From a virus (taxonomy: Duplodnaviria > Caudoviricetes): a stretch of DNA of 64,000 nucleotides. The stretch spans positions 1-64,000 of IMG/VR virus record IMGVR_UViG_3300031853_000019; one strand, written 5' to 3'. The position numbers were made by a program, and so were the translations under genes. The notes under the pieces were generated by a model. That model ran no database searches, was not told the DNA's origin, and saw nothing but the letters and a program-made list of their open reading frames with translations. This document shows positions 1 through 6,893 of this stretch, piece by piece (position 1 is the stretch's first letter; the number at the start of each line of letters is the position of its first letter).

Positions 1-461
1 CCTTTAAGTTTGCTTTCATCAATATAATTTCTTGAATAATCAAGATTTAAATAATAACCCGCTTTATATCCAAGTTCAGTAATTCTCTTACAGAACTCAA
101 CATTCATCTGAGTAATCAAATTACGATCAGGATATACACCATTATTACGAGCATAGTTCATTGAATCATATTCCCAGTCAAAGTAAACTCCTAAATCAAT
201 CTTGTCTTTGTATTTAGAAATTACCGAATTACAGAACTCTGCTTCCTGCCTAGCTGCTGAAGTTGTATAAGCATAGCTAAACCAATAAATACCAATATGA
301 AGTCCTGCCTTAATAGCACCGGTAATATGATTTACAAATTCATTATCTACAGTAGAAGAACCAAATCCCGCACGAATAATAACTCCACTAATGCCTGAAG
401 CTTTTGCGGTATTGTAATTAATATTTTCATTCCATGTAGATACATCTATTAATTTCTGCAT
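1..461 (-). CDS. GH25 muramidase endolysin, N-terminal part (runs off window start)
   Basis: Manual translation MQKLIDVSTWNENINY...GVIIRAGFG...GIYWFSYA...GVYFDWEY has the GH25 DVS and DxE motifs; GAGGAG RBS upstream. Confidence 0.85.
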   Translation of the reverse strand, partial: MQKLIDVSTWNENINYNTAKASGISGVIIRAGFGSSTVDNEFVNHITGAIKAGLHIGIYWFSYAYTTSAARQEAEFCNSVISKYKDKIDLGVYFDWEYDSMNYARNNGVYPDRNLITQMNVEFCKRITELGYKAGYYLNLDYSRNYIDESKLK

Positions 462-491
462 ATTAATTTCTCCTCTCTTTTGATTTATATA

Positions 492-695
492 TTAAGGCTG
501 TAATATCCATTGGGATTGATGATTTAATAAATAAACTGCACCAGTCCCAATAACAGTTACTTTACTACCAGTTCCGCATATTGGTTGCACTGGTAGCTCA
601 GAAAGATATTCAGCTGAATCTATTACATATTCTGTATAATAACTTCCACTCTGTGAATTTTGGTAAACAGCAGAATAATGCTTAGTTTGCACCAT
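492..695 (-). CDS. small hypothetical protein, similar to 10973..11155
   Basis: ORF track; GGAGG RBS; shared LP-x-G(T/S)GS-x-V-x-VI pattern. Confidence 0.7.
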   Translation of the reverse strand: MVQTKHYSAVYQNSQSGSYYTEYVIDSAEYLSELPVQPICGTGSKVTVIGTGAVYLLNHQSQWILQP

Positions 696-877
696 TTTTC
701 AGCCTCCTTTTTAGTTTTCATCTATAATATATATAAAAAAATATAATATTATCTTGAACTATTTTGTCATTAAAAGCAAAACTGAAATAAAAAAGTTGAA
801 AACTGGTTTGAAATTTAGAAACCGAGAGTAACACCCGCAACCCGCCTGAGTACCTACCCATATTCCATAACGCAAAA

Positions 878-900
878 AAGTGGTGCATAAAGCACCACTT
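878..900 (-). terminator. intrinsic terminator after phosphoesterase gene
   Basis: AAGTGGTGC/GCACCACTT inverted repeat, T-run on minus strand. Confidence 0.7.
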
Positions 901-1625
901 TATTCACTAAAATATTTAGCTTCAAATGTATCTAAATCAAGTAAAGCAATCTTCTTACTTTCAATAGTACCTAAATCTATATCAATCTTATGACCTTCCG
1001 CATATATTGCTACTTTAGGATCGTCGTCATTAATATAATACTTTAAATCATATGGATGATAATATCTTAAAGTTTGTGTAGGGGTATGACCATGAACTAT
1101 ATAATCATTATCCCGCGGTGATTCCTTGTCATGGGGCCAGGTCTCATTGATATGATCTCTATCCCAAAGGTAATCTACTCCCCACCTGCAATAAAATGAG
1201 TCAGGAGTAAAACCCGCATGGCTAAGATGTATTTCTTGACCTTTTGCATTTGTATAACTTTTGTACAAAGGAAGATTCTCTACTTCCTTTACCCACTTTA
1301 AAATCTGCTCTTCTGAATAAAGTTCAAAAGTATCAAGTGTTTTCCCGCCACCATTATAAAAAAGCCATAAATCTGCGGAATTAGCACTATAATCATCACT
1401 TAATAGCAAAGGAGTCGTGCGGGAAAAGAATTTTTCATGGTTTCCTTTAATGAAGATAATCCGCGGGTCATTGAAGATTAACTCTAGCATCCTCAAACCC
1501 CCATCCCCGCGATCCATAGCATCACCGAGAAAATATAAAGTATCATCTGCGGCAAGCGAATCTATTAACTTTTTAGCAATATCATAATGTCCGTGCCAAT
1601 CTGAACTAGCATATACTTTGCCCAT
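900..1625 (-). CDS. calcineurin-like metallophosphoesterase (phage Ser/Thr phosphatase-like)
   Basis: DxH (SDWHG), GDxxDRG (LGDAMDRG), GNHE, HAG and GHT motifs. Confidence 0.9.
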   Translation of the reverse strand: MGKVYASSDWHGHYDIAKKLIDSLAADDTLYFLGDAMDRGDGGLRMLELIFNDPRIIFIKGNHEKFFSRTTPLLLSDDYSANSADLWLFYNGGGKTLDTFELYSEEQILKWVKEVENLPLYKSYTNAKGQEIHLSHAGFTPDSFYCRWGVDYLWDRDHINETWPHDKESPRDNDYIVHGHTPTQTLRYYHPYDLKYYINDDDPKVAIYAEGHKIDIDLGTIESKKIALLDLDTFEAKYFSE

Positions 1626-1670
1626 CGTGATTACTCCTTTTCTTTTGTATATTGAGTAATCAAGATGGAG

Positions 1671-3173
1671 CTAGTCCACCTTGATTACCTCGTATCTATC
1701 GGCAAGAAGCACCTTCAGCATCATGTCTGTTGCAGTCAAACCAGCCATTACTGCTTCCATCTGTGACATTGAGAAGCCAGAGATGTAATTGAAGGAATCT
1801 CCAATCGCAGGAATGTTGTTTGTTCTAGCGTCTAAGTTCCAGAAGGTAACCTTAGGAAGCTTATAGCCATGAGCATTGAACTTCTTCTCCATGCGCTCAA
1901 GCAGAGTACCTACTGTTGCAGAGGTAACACCATCAAAGCGTTCAGTTCTCCATATACCGCCGCCACCGCAAGCTGCATCAAACTCCATATCGGAAAAGAT
2001 GTAAAGTCTTGCGGGAAGGTCGGTCTGGGATGCCTTAGTCTTGAGAGCAGTGTCTAAGATCAAGTCAAAGACCTTCTCAAGGTTAGTGTTCATGCCCCAG
2101 TCTGCCTGAATACATCTTTTTACCTTATCAACAATGTTATCTCCTTCAAACTCTACGAGCTGAGGGTTCGCGCTAAAGGTAATGAAGTGTCCAGCGAAAG
2201 GACCATGTGACTTCTCGGCTACATATGCCCCCATACCGACTGCCGCCGCTACAGGAGTACCATACATAGAGCCAGATACATCAACTACCGCAATAGCATT
2301 TTCCTCACGACCGCAGTAGTAATCCTTCAGGTTATCCCAATACTTCTGCATTGTTGCTTCAAAAACATCATCAGATATATCGTACCTATTCTTATAAAGA
2401 ATCTTATCAACAATATTAACAGGGTTAAGCACTGCTGCATTAACCTTAGTTGTCTTGCTCTCCATAAATGCCTTATATCTTGCGGCAGTTACTTCCTTAA
2501 CCGCAAAAGCATTTCTGTACTTCATGCCCGCAACAGAAGGAATCTTATCGAACTGGATTTCATCCCATCTATTTTCAGACATAAGTCTTTCAAGCACATT
2601 AATCTTCTCTCTAAGACTAGAAAGAATCTTTCTATAAGTCTTAGGGGACATATTAAACTGCTTCATGAAGTATCTAGCCATCTCCTTAGTAGTTGTGCTA
2701 GATGCGTTCTCAGAAGGCATCCACTTACCAAGAAGAGAAGGAACTTCACAATGAGTATCCTCAAGAAGCTGTCTGTGTACAATATCTCCCATAGTAGATA
2801 CAAGAGGAGTATTGTAACAAATCTTAATCAAATCATCCCATCTACCGAACTCAGGAATGACATTTAAGAACTTTGCAGCGATCTCTACATCGTTCTTAAT
2901 TAACCAGCGGTAAGCAACTCTGAAGAAGCGTCTTTCGCCCTGACCGCCACGTACATCACGAAGATAGAACAAGCACTTCATAGCGAGGTTCTTATCCTGG
3001 CGGTAAGCATCTCCGAAAAGTGCTTCTACTTCCTTATCTGTTCTATTGCGGTAAGCGCCGCCTATAGAGAACATATCCAAGACATGATCCAGCGTAGAGT
3101 TATGCTTAACCGCACCATTTTCGGTATATCCAAAGTTAGTTTCGTTCTTTAATCCATTTAAAAATGCTGACAT
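1671..3173 (-). CDS. DUF2828 / TROVE-like protein with C-terminal vWA domain (Ro60-like)
   Basis: TENGA, RDVRGGQGER, GRWDDL, KWMPSE motifs; MIDAS DVSGSM and SDMEF. Confidence 0.85.
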   Translation of the reverse strand: MSAFLNGLKNETNFGYTENGAVKHNSTLDHVLDMFSIGGAYRNRTDKEVEALFGDAYRQDKNLAMKCLFYLRDVRGGQGERRFFRVAYRWLIKNDVEIAAKFLNVIPEFGRWDDLIKICYNTPLVSTMGDIVHRQLLEDTHCEVPSLLGKWMPSENASSTTTKEMARYFMKQFNMSPKTYRKILSSLREKINVLERLMSENRWDEIQFDKIPSVAGMKYRNAFAVKEVTAARYKAFMESKTTKVNAAVLNPVNIVDKILYKNRYDISDDVFEATMQKYWDNLKDYYCGREENAIAVVDVSGSMYGTPVAAAVGMGAYVAEKSHGPFAGHFITFSANPQLVEFEGDNIVDKVKRCIQADWGMNTNLEKVFDLILDTALKTKASQTDLPARLYIFSDMEFDAACGGGGIWRTERFDGVTSATVGTLLERMEKKFNAHGYKLPKVTFWNLDARTNNIPAIGDSFNYISGFSMSQMEAVMAGLTATDMMLKVLLADRYEVIKVD

Positions 3174-3232
3174 AACTTTTTCTCCTTTTCTCTCTTTTGT
3201 ATATATATTATATCAAAAATTTGCAAAAAAAT

Positions 3233-3260
3233 AAAGGCTTAACTATTAAGCTAAGCCTTT
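3233..3260 (-). terminator. terminator at end of tRNA cluster
   Basis: AAAGGCTT/AAGCCTTT inverted repeat followed by T-rich tract on minus strand. Confidence 0.6.
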
Positions 3261-3309
3261 GTAATAAAATCTACCTCATTATATAATAATGGAGGACACG
3301 GTAGATAGA

Positions 3310-4135
3310 AGTACCATGTAGGAGTTGAACCTACTTGCGCGGAGTGCATTAAAAATGCTTATAATAATTCCCATTCCTCCTTTGAATAATTATTAATATC
3401 ACTTTTCTTTCTTGGAAGGGAATAACTATCACACCATTTTCTTATTGCATTATCAGTTACTCCAAATATTTTTCCTATTTCTGTAAAAGGCTTTTCTCTT
3501 ATTAATTGTTTTAATTTTTCTCGATCTGGTCTTTCTATTACTTTTCTTCTAGTTTTATTAATACAAGATAGACATAACCCTTCTCTACTAATTATATTTC
3601 CACATTCTTTGCAAAAATATTTTTTTGTTTTGCATTGAGAAGAAATATTATATAACTCATCATCTGTCATTCTATAATAACTATTTAATATATTTTCTGC
3701 AAGATATTGAGTATCAGTAAGTTTAATTGTCTTTTGATTTGATGTTTCATCTACTGGAATTAAATAAACCTTATCTTTCCATACAGTTGCAAAATAATCT
3801 ATTTCATCAGAAGTATATTTATGCTTTGAATGATTACTACTTTTCATATTATTTTGAGTGCAACATTGAAAAGTAAAAGATGATTCATTATTTTGAATAG
3901 ATTTTTTAGTTTGAATTTTTAAAATTTCATAACCAGTATCAACAATTAAATCATATCTTGATGCATTGTAGCTAGGTATTGAAATATCAAAACCATATCT
4001 TAAAAATTCTTCTTGGACTTTTAATTCTATAATTTGCCCCTTAAATAAATTTAATCTACTTGGTTCCATTTTACATTTAGGAATTAAATAAGTTTTTTAA
4101 TGCAGTCCGCTGCATAGCCGTTCTGCCAATGATAC
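3310..4135 (-). tRNA. tRNA-Cys(GCA) split by a 755-nt insertion in the anticodon loop (5' half 4135-4101, 3' half 3345-3310)
   Basis: Halves join to GTATCAT/ATGGTAC acceptor, GCGGA-CTGCA|AC-TCCGC anticodon arm, GTAGG-TTCAACT-CCTAC T arm, U73 discriminator. Confidence 0.85.
3359..4069 (-). CDS. PD-(D/E)XK homing endonuclease (I-Ssp6803I-like) with C-terminal Zn finger and HTH, inside tRNA-Cys
   Basis: KGQIIE...SRYDLIVD...KIQTK...YTSDEIDYFA; CxxC...CxxC; IGKIFGVTDNAIRKW. Confidence 0.8.
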   Translation of the reverse strand: MEPSRLNLFKGQIIELKVQEEFLRYGFDISIPSYNASRYDLIVDTGYEILKIQTKKSIQNNESSFTFQCCTQNNMKSSNHSKHKYTSDEIDYFATVWKDKVYLIPVDETSNQKTIKLTDTQYLAENILNSYYRMTDDELYNISSQCKTKKYFCKECGNIISREGLCLSCINKTRRKVIERPDREKLKQLIREKPFTEIGKIFGVTDNAIRKWCDSYSLPRKKSDINNYSKEEWELL

Positions 4136-4140
4136 AATTA

Positions 4141-4217
4141 TTACAAAGGACAATTATAATATGATAAGATAATCAAGATAAATTCATTGTTAATATAATT
4201 TGCTGTACGTCCTTTAA
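4141..4217 (-). ncRNA. CAGCAA-stem RNA copy 3 (candidate Y-like RNA)
   Basis: AAAGGAC-GTA-CAGCAAAT...GTCCTTT-GTAA. Confidence 0.55.
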
Positions 4218-4222
4218 AGAAT

Positions 4223-4295
4223 TTACAAGACACACCTTTTCGCTCTTTACAATCCCAAATTATACGCTAAAAAGAATTTGCTGCAAGTGTCTTAA
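4223..4295 (-). ncRNA. CAGCAA-stem RNA copy 2 (candidate Y-like RNA)
   Basis: AAGACAC-TTG-CAGCAAAT...GTGTCTT-GTAA. Confidence 0.55.
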
Positions 4296-4612
4296 CAAAA
4301 AATTAAAATAGTCTAGCCTGCAACTGGGGGACAACCACCGCCCTCCTACTCCAAAGTACTCGTCAGTCTCGGCGTGAATAAGGGTCTCTATTCACTAAGT
4401 TGTATCTAGCACTTTTGTGCCCGTCGGCACAGATCTAAAAAATTAATCCGCATACTCTATCGCTGGCGGTTCGCGTAGTGATATTTAGTACATTTCACTT
4501 CTCCTTTTTTCTGTTGAAATGGAAAGCCTTTACACTAATCACAGTCTAAACTAAAAGTCACATCCTCTTGACCATTTCTGTTCTCTAGAATCCCGTACTT
4601 TGGTCTGATGAG

Positions 4613-4685
4613 TAGCGGAGACGGGACTCGAACCCGTAACCCCCTGCCTATGAAACAGGTAACCTTCCAATTGGTCTACTCCGCG
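4613..4685 (-). tRNA. tRNA-Met(CAT), initiator-like (unpaired C1)
   Basis: Cloverleaf; CCTGT-TTCATAG-GCAGG; C1:U72 mismatch. Confidence 0.85.
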
Positions 4686-4692
4686 TTATTAG

Positions 4693-4766
4693 TTGGGGTA
4701 CAGGGACTTGAACCCTGGACCTCTAGAACCCAAATCTAGCGCTCTACCAAACTGAGCCACACCCCA
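4693..4766 (-). tRNA. tRNA-Pro(TGG)
   Basis: Cloverleaf; CTAGA-TTTGGGT-TCTAG. Confidence 0.9.
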
Positions 4767-4770
4767 ATAT

Positions 4771-4913
4771 TTACAAAGCGAAGAAAGAGGATTCTTGGAG
4801 CCAGGAGTAGTTTAAGCACACCTCTTTCAATTCAGACATAACTACTCATTTAACAGCGATCATTAATAATATTTTCAAATAACTTGCAATAAATTTGCTG
4901 AAATTCGCTTTAA
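4771..4913 (-). ncRNA. CAGCAA-stem RNA copy 1 with internal H-type pseudoknot
   Basis: AAGCGAA-TTT-CAGCAAAT...TTCGCTT-TGTAA; interleaved GAGTAGTT/AACTACTC and AAAGAGG/CCTCTTT. Confidence 0.55.
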
Positions 4914-5155
4914 TATATTAAAACTAAGAATCATTCCACGGCTTCCCACTTTATAGCCGAAATTTTTGTGCACCATCAGGGTACTGTTGTATCACAAATC
5001 TCTTCGGAGCGACCGTTACGACTTAGGTGACCTCGTGCGTGAGGCAATTCTTCAGTTTTAATTTCTTCGTTTAATATATATTGAGCATATATGAACTCTA
5101 AGATGTCTTTAATTTCTTCTGTTTTTGTCATATTTACTGCTCACTTTCTATATAT

Positions 5156-5184
5156 ATTATATAATAAATTTTTATAAATTTCAA
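5156..5184 (-). promoter_or_regulatory. sigma70/SigA-type promoter, AT-rich phage class; also at 7209-7237, 7928-7956, 8855-8883, 11549-11577 and upstream of many genes to 22.5 kb
   Basis: TTGA(A/T)(A/T)-17 nt-TATAAT with recurring TTTATAAAAATTT spacer and TATATA after the -10. Confidence 0.8.
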
Positions 5185-5194
5185 ATATTTTTAT

Positions 5195-5321
5195 TTACTA
5201 GACACGGTATAATATCTCTGAGGCTTTACCAATTAAGCTATAGAGTGAGTTGACTCTAGTGGGACTCGAACCCACAAAAATCAGACTTAGCACGATATGA
5301 ATTATTGCTGGCTGTGTCTAA
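5195..5321 (-). ncRNA. YrlA-like Y RNA: circularly permuted tRNA mimic closed by a CAGCAA stem
   Basis: TAGACAC/GTGTCTA end stem; TCTGA/TCAGA; T arm GTGGG-TTCGAGT-CCCAC placed BEFORE loop-closed acceptor TAGAGT-CAACTC-ACTCTA and D arm GCTT-AATTGGTA-AAGC. Confidence 0.75.
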
Positions 5322-5322
5322 G

Positions 5323-5394
5323 CTCCCCGAGTAGGACTCGAACCTACAACAGCTCGGTTAACAGCCGAGTGCTCTACCATTGAGCTACCGGGGA
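5323..5394 (-). tRNA. tRNA-Asn(GTT)
   Basis: Cloverleaf; CTCGG-CTGTTAA-CCGAG. Confidence 0.95.
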
Positions 5395-5444
5395 TCAAGA
5401 GCGGTTAGACTATATCTCAAACCTAACCGCTTTTGTTAGTTTAA

Positions 5445-6266
5445 TTAACCTAACAATGAAAGGACGCCTTGAGTAGACTGATTTGCCTGTGCAAGCATAG
5501 ACTGAGCAGCTTGCTGAAGAATATTATTCTTAGTGTAATTAGTCATCTCAGCAGCCATATCTGTATCACGAATCTGGCTTTCTGCAGATGTTAAATTTTC
5601 ACTATAATTCTTCAAATTATTAATTGTATATTCAAGTCTATTCTGTTTTGCGCCAAGAGAAGATCTTGCAGCGGAAACAGTCTTAATAGCATTAGTTACT
5701 CTGCTCATTGTAGCGGCTGCCGCACTGTGGCTATCAACCGCGATTGCAGATGCACCCGCAAGAGAAAGTCCTGATGTATCCATCTTTGCAATATCAATCT
5801 GCATATTTTCACCTGCATTAGCACCTACTTGAAGTTGCTTGCCAGTGAAAGAACCATCAAGAAGTTTAGTTCCATTGAACTGAGCCTTATTAGCAATAGA
5901 ATCAATCTCTGCCTGAAGTTCAGTCATTTCGTCTTTGATAGCATCTCTATCTTCATCTGCATTAATATCGTTAGCTGCCTTGTTAGACAATTCACCCATG
6001 CGCTGAAGAATAGAATGAATCTCATTAAGATTACCTTCTGCTGTCTGAATGGCGGAAATGCCATCCTCAGAGTTCTTAACTGCTTGATTGATACCACGGA
6101 TCTGATTTCTCATTTTCTCACTGATGGAGAGACCAGCTGCATCGTCTGCTGCACGGTTTACTCCAAAGCCAGAAGAAAGTTTCTCTGTGCTCTTTGCTAC
6201 TGCTTTCACATTCTGTGATAACATTCTGTTTGTATTTGCTGCTTGTAAATTGTGTTGTACTACCAT
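5445..6266 (-). CDS. fliC: flagellin (D0/D1 only, 273 aa), Lachnospiraceae-type
   Basis: MVVQHNLQAANTNRML...EKLSSG...AADDAAGLSISEKMRNQIRG...; C-terminus RSSLGAKQNRLE...SQIRDTDMA...AQANQSTQGVLSLLG; GGAGG RBS before ATG at 6266. Confidence 0.97.
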   Translation of the reverse strand: MVVQHNLQAANTNRMLSQNVKAVAKSTEKLSSGFGVNRAADDAAGLSISEKMRNQIRGINQAVKNSEDGISAIQTAEGNLNEIHSILQRMGELSNKAANDINADEDRDAIKDEMTELQAEIDSIANKAQFNGTKLLDGSFTGKQLQVGANAGENMQIDIAKMDTSGLSLAGASAIAVDSHSAAAATMSRVTNAIKTVSAARSSLGAKQNRLEYTINNLKNYSENLTSAESQIRDTDMAAEMTNYTKNNILQQAAQSMLAQANQSTQGVLSLLG

Positions 6267-6288
6267 AGTAATTACCTCCTTGTAAATA

Positions 6289-6308
6289 ATACTACTTCCT
6301 TGTAGTAT
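6289..6308 (-). promoter_or_regulatory. CsrA-type site: GGA in a hexaloop hairpin in the flagellin leader
   Basis: ATACTAC-AAGGAA-GTAGTAT; second ACAAGGAGG overlaps the RBS. Confidence 0.55.
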
Positions 6309-6345
6309 GTACTTTTTCATTGTTACTAGCGCGAACGCGCTTTAT

Positions 6346-6417
6346 CACCTCTACGGGACTTGAACCCAGTATCTGGAGATTGAGAGTCTCCTATCCTAGC
6401 CACTTAGACGAAGAGGC
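6346..6417 (-). tRNA. tRNA-Glu(CTC)
   Basis: Cloverleaf; GGAGA-CTCTCAA-TCTCC. Confidence 0.9.
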
Positions 6418-6422
6418 GTTAT

Positions 6423-6493
6423 CACTCCAGCGGGACTTGAACCCAGCATCTAAGCCTTGAAAGAGCTTTATCCTAGCCTTTAGAAGATGGAGC
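6423..6493 (-). tRNA. tRNA-Glu(TTC)
   Basis: Cloverleaf; AAGCT-CTTTCAA-GGCTT. Confidence 0.9.
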
Positions 6494-6645
6494 GTAGAGG
6501 GGAGCTATCCCATCAAATATATTTATTAATAAGATAGCTCTATTATAAATTACTTGTATTTAAGTTAAACCCTGTTTAGCATCTTTAGTTTCGCTATAAG
6601 TCTTGTGAGGTAAACGGGTTAGAAAAACATCTCAGACTGACACAA

Positions 6646-6717
6646 AGCTCCCCATGGGACTCGAACCCACAGTAACCTCATTACAAGTGAGGGGCATTAC
6701 CATTATGCTAAAGGAGC
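6646..6717 (-). tRNA. tRNA-Thr(TGT)
   Basis: Cloverleaf; CCTCA-CTTGTAA-TGAGG. Confidence 0.9.
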
Positions 6718-6893
6718 AAATAACCGAGTGAGTAGTTTCAACCTCACGCATCCTTGGCGGGTTCAACGAATCGTAACTAGGGTAGCTTACGCGGATTGGT
6801 TACCGCCGCCCTTTGTGGTGTCTCCCCACTGCTTCCCGCCATACAGGCTTTATTCTCTTCACGGCTTTTAATGCTTGCCTATCGGTTATTAAT

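Noticed and set aside
3346-4100. Group I intron in tRNA-Cys
   Set aside because: Only 44 nt lie outside the ORF; the junctions needed to restore a 7-nt loop do not give a 5' U and terminal G
4310-4610. RNase P RNA, group I intron or T-box
   Set aside because: No GAGGAAAGUCC/P4 pair, no P7 partner (AAGxUAUAGUC) for the GAGACUG segment, no UGGNACC T-box bulge
5829-6218. Plus-strand ORFs overlapping minus-strand genes (also 14998-15546, 25144-25602, 31163-31585) and minus-strand ORFs over the capsid and tape measure genes (48489-48992, 62931-63308)
   Set aside because: Antisense shadows of genes with biased codons; no RBS or recognisable motifs
6267-6345. Sigma28/SigD promoter for flagellin
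   Set aside because: A TAAAG is present but no GCCGAT(A) -10 follows; gene is more simply read from the upstream tRNA promoter
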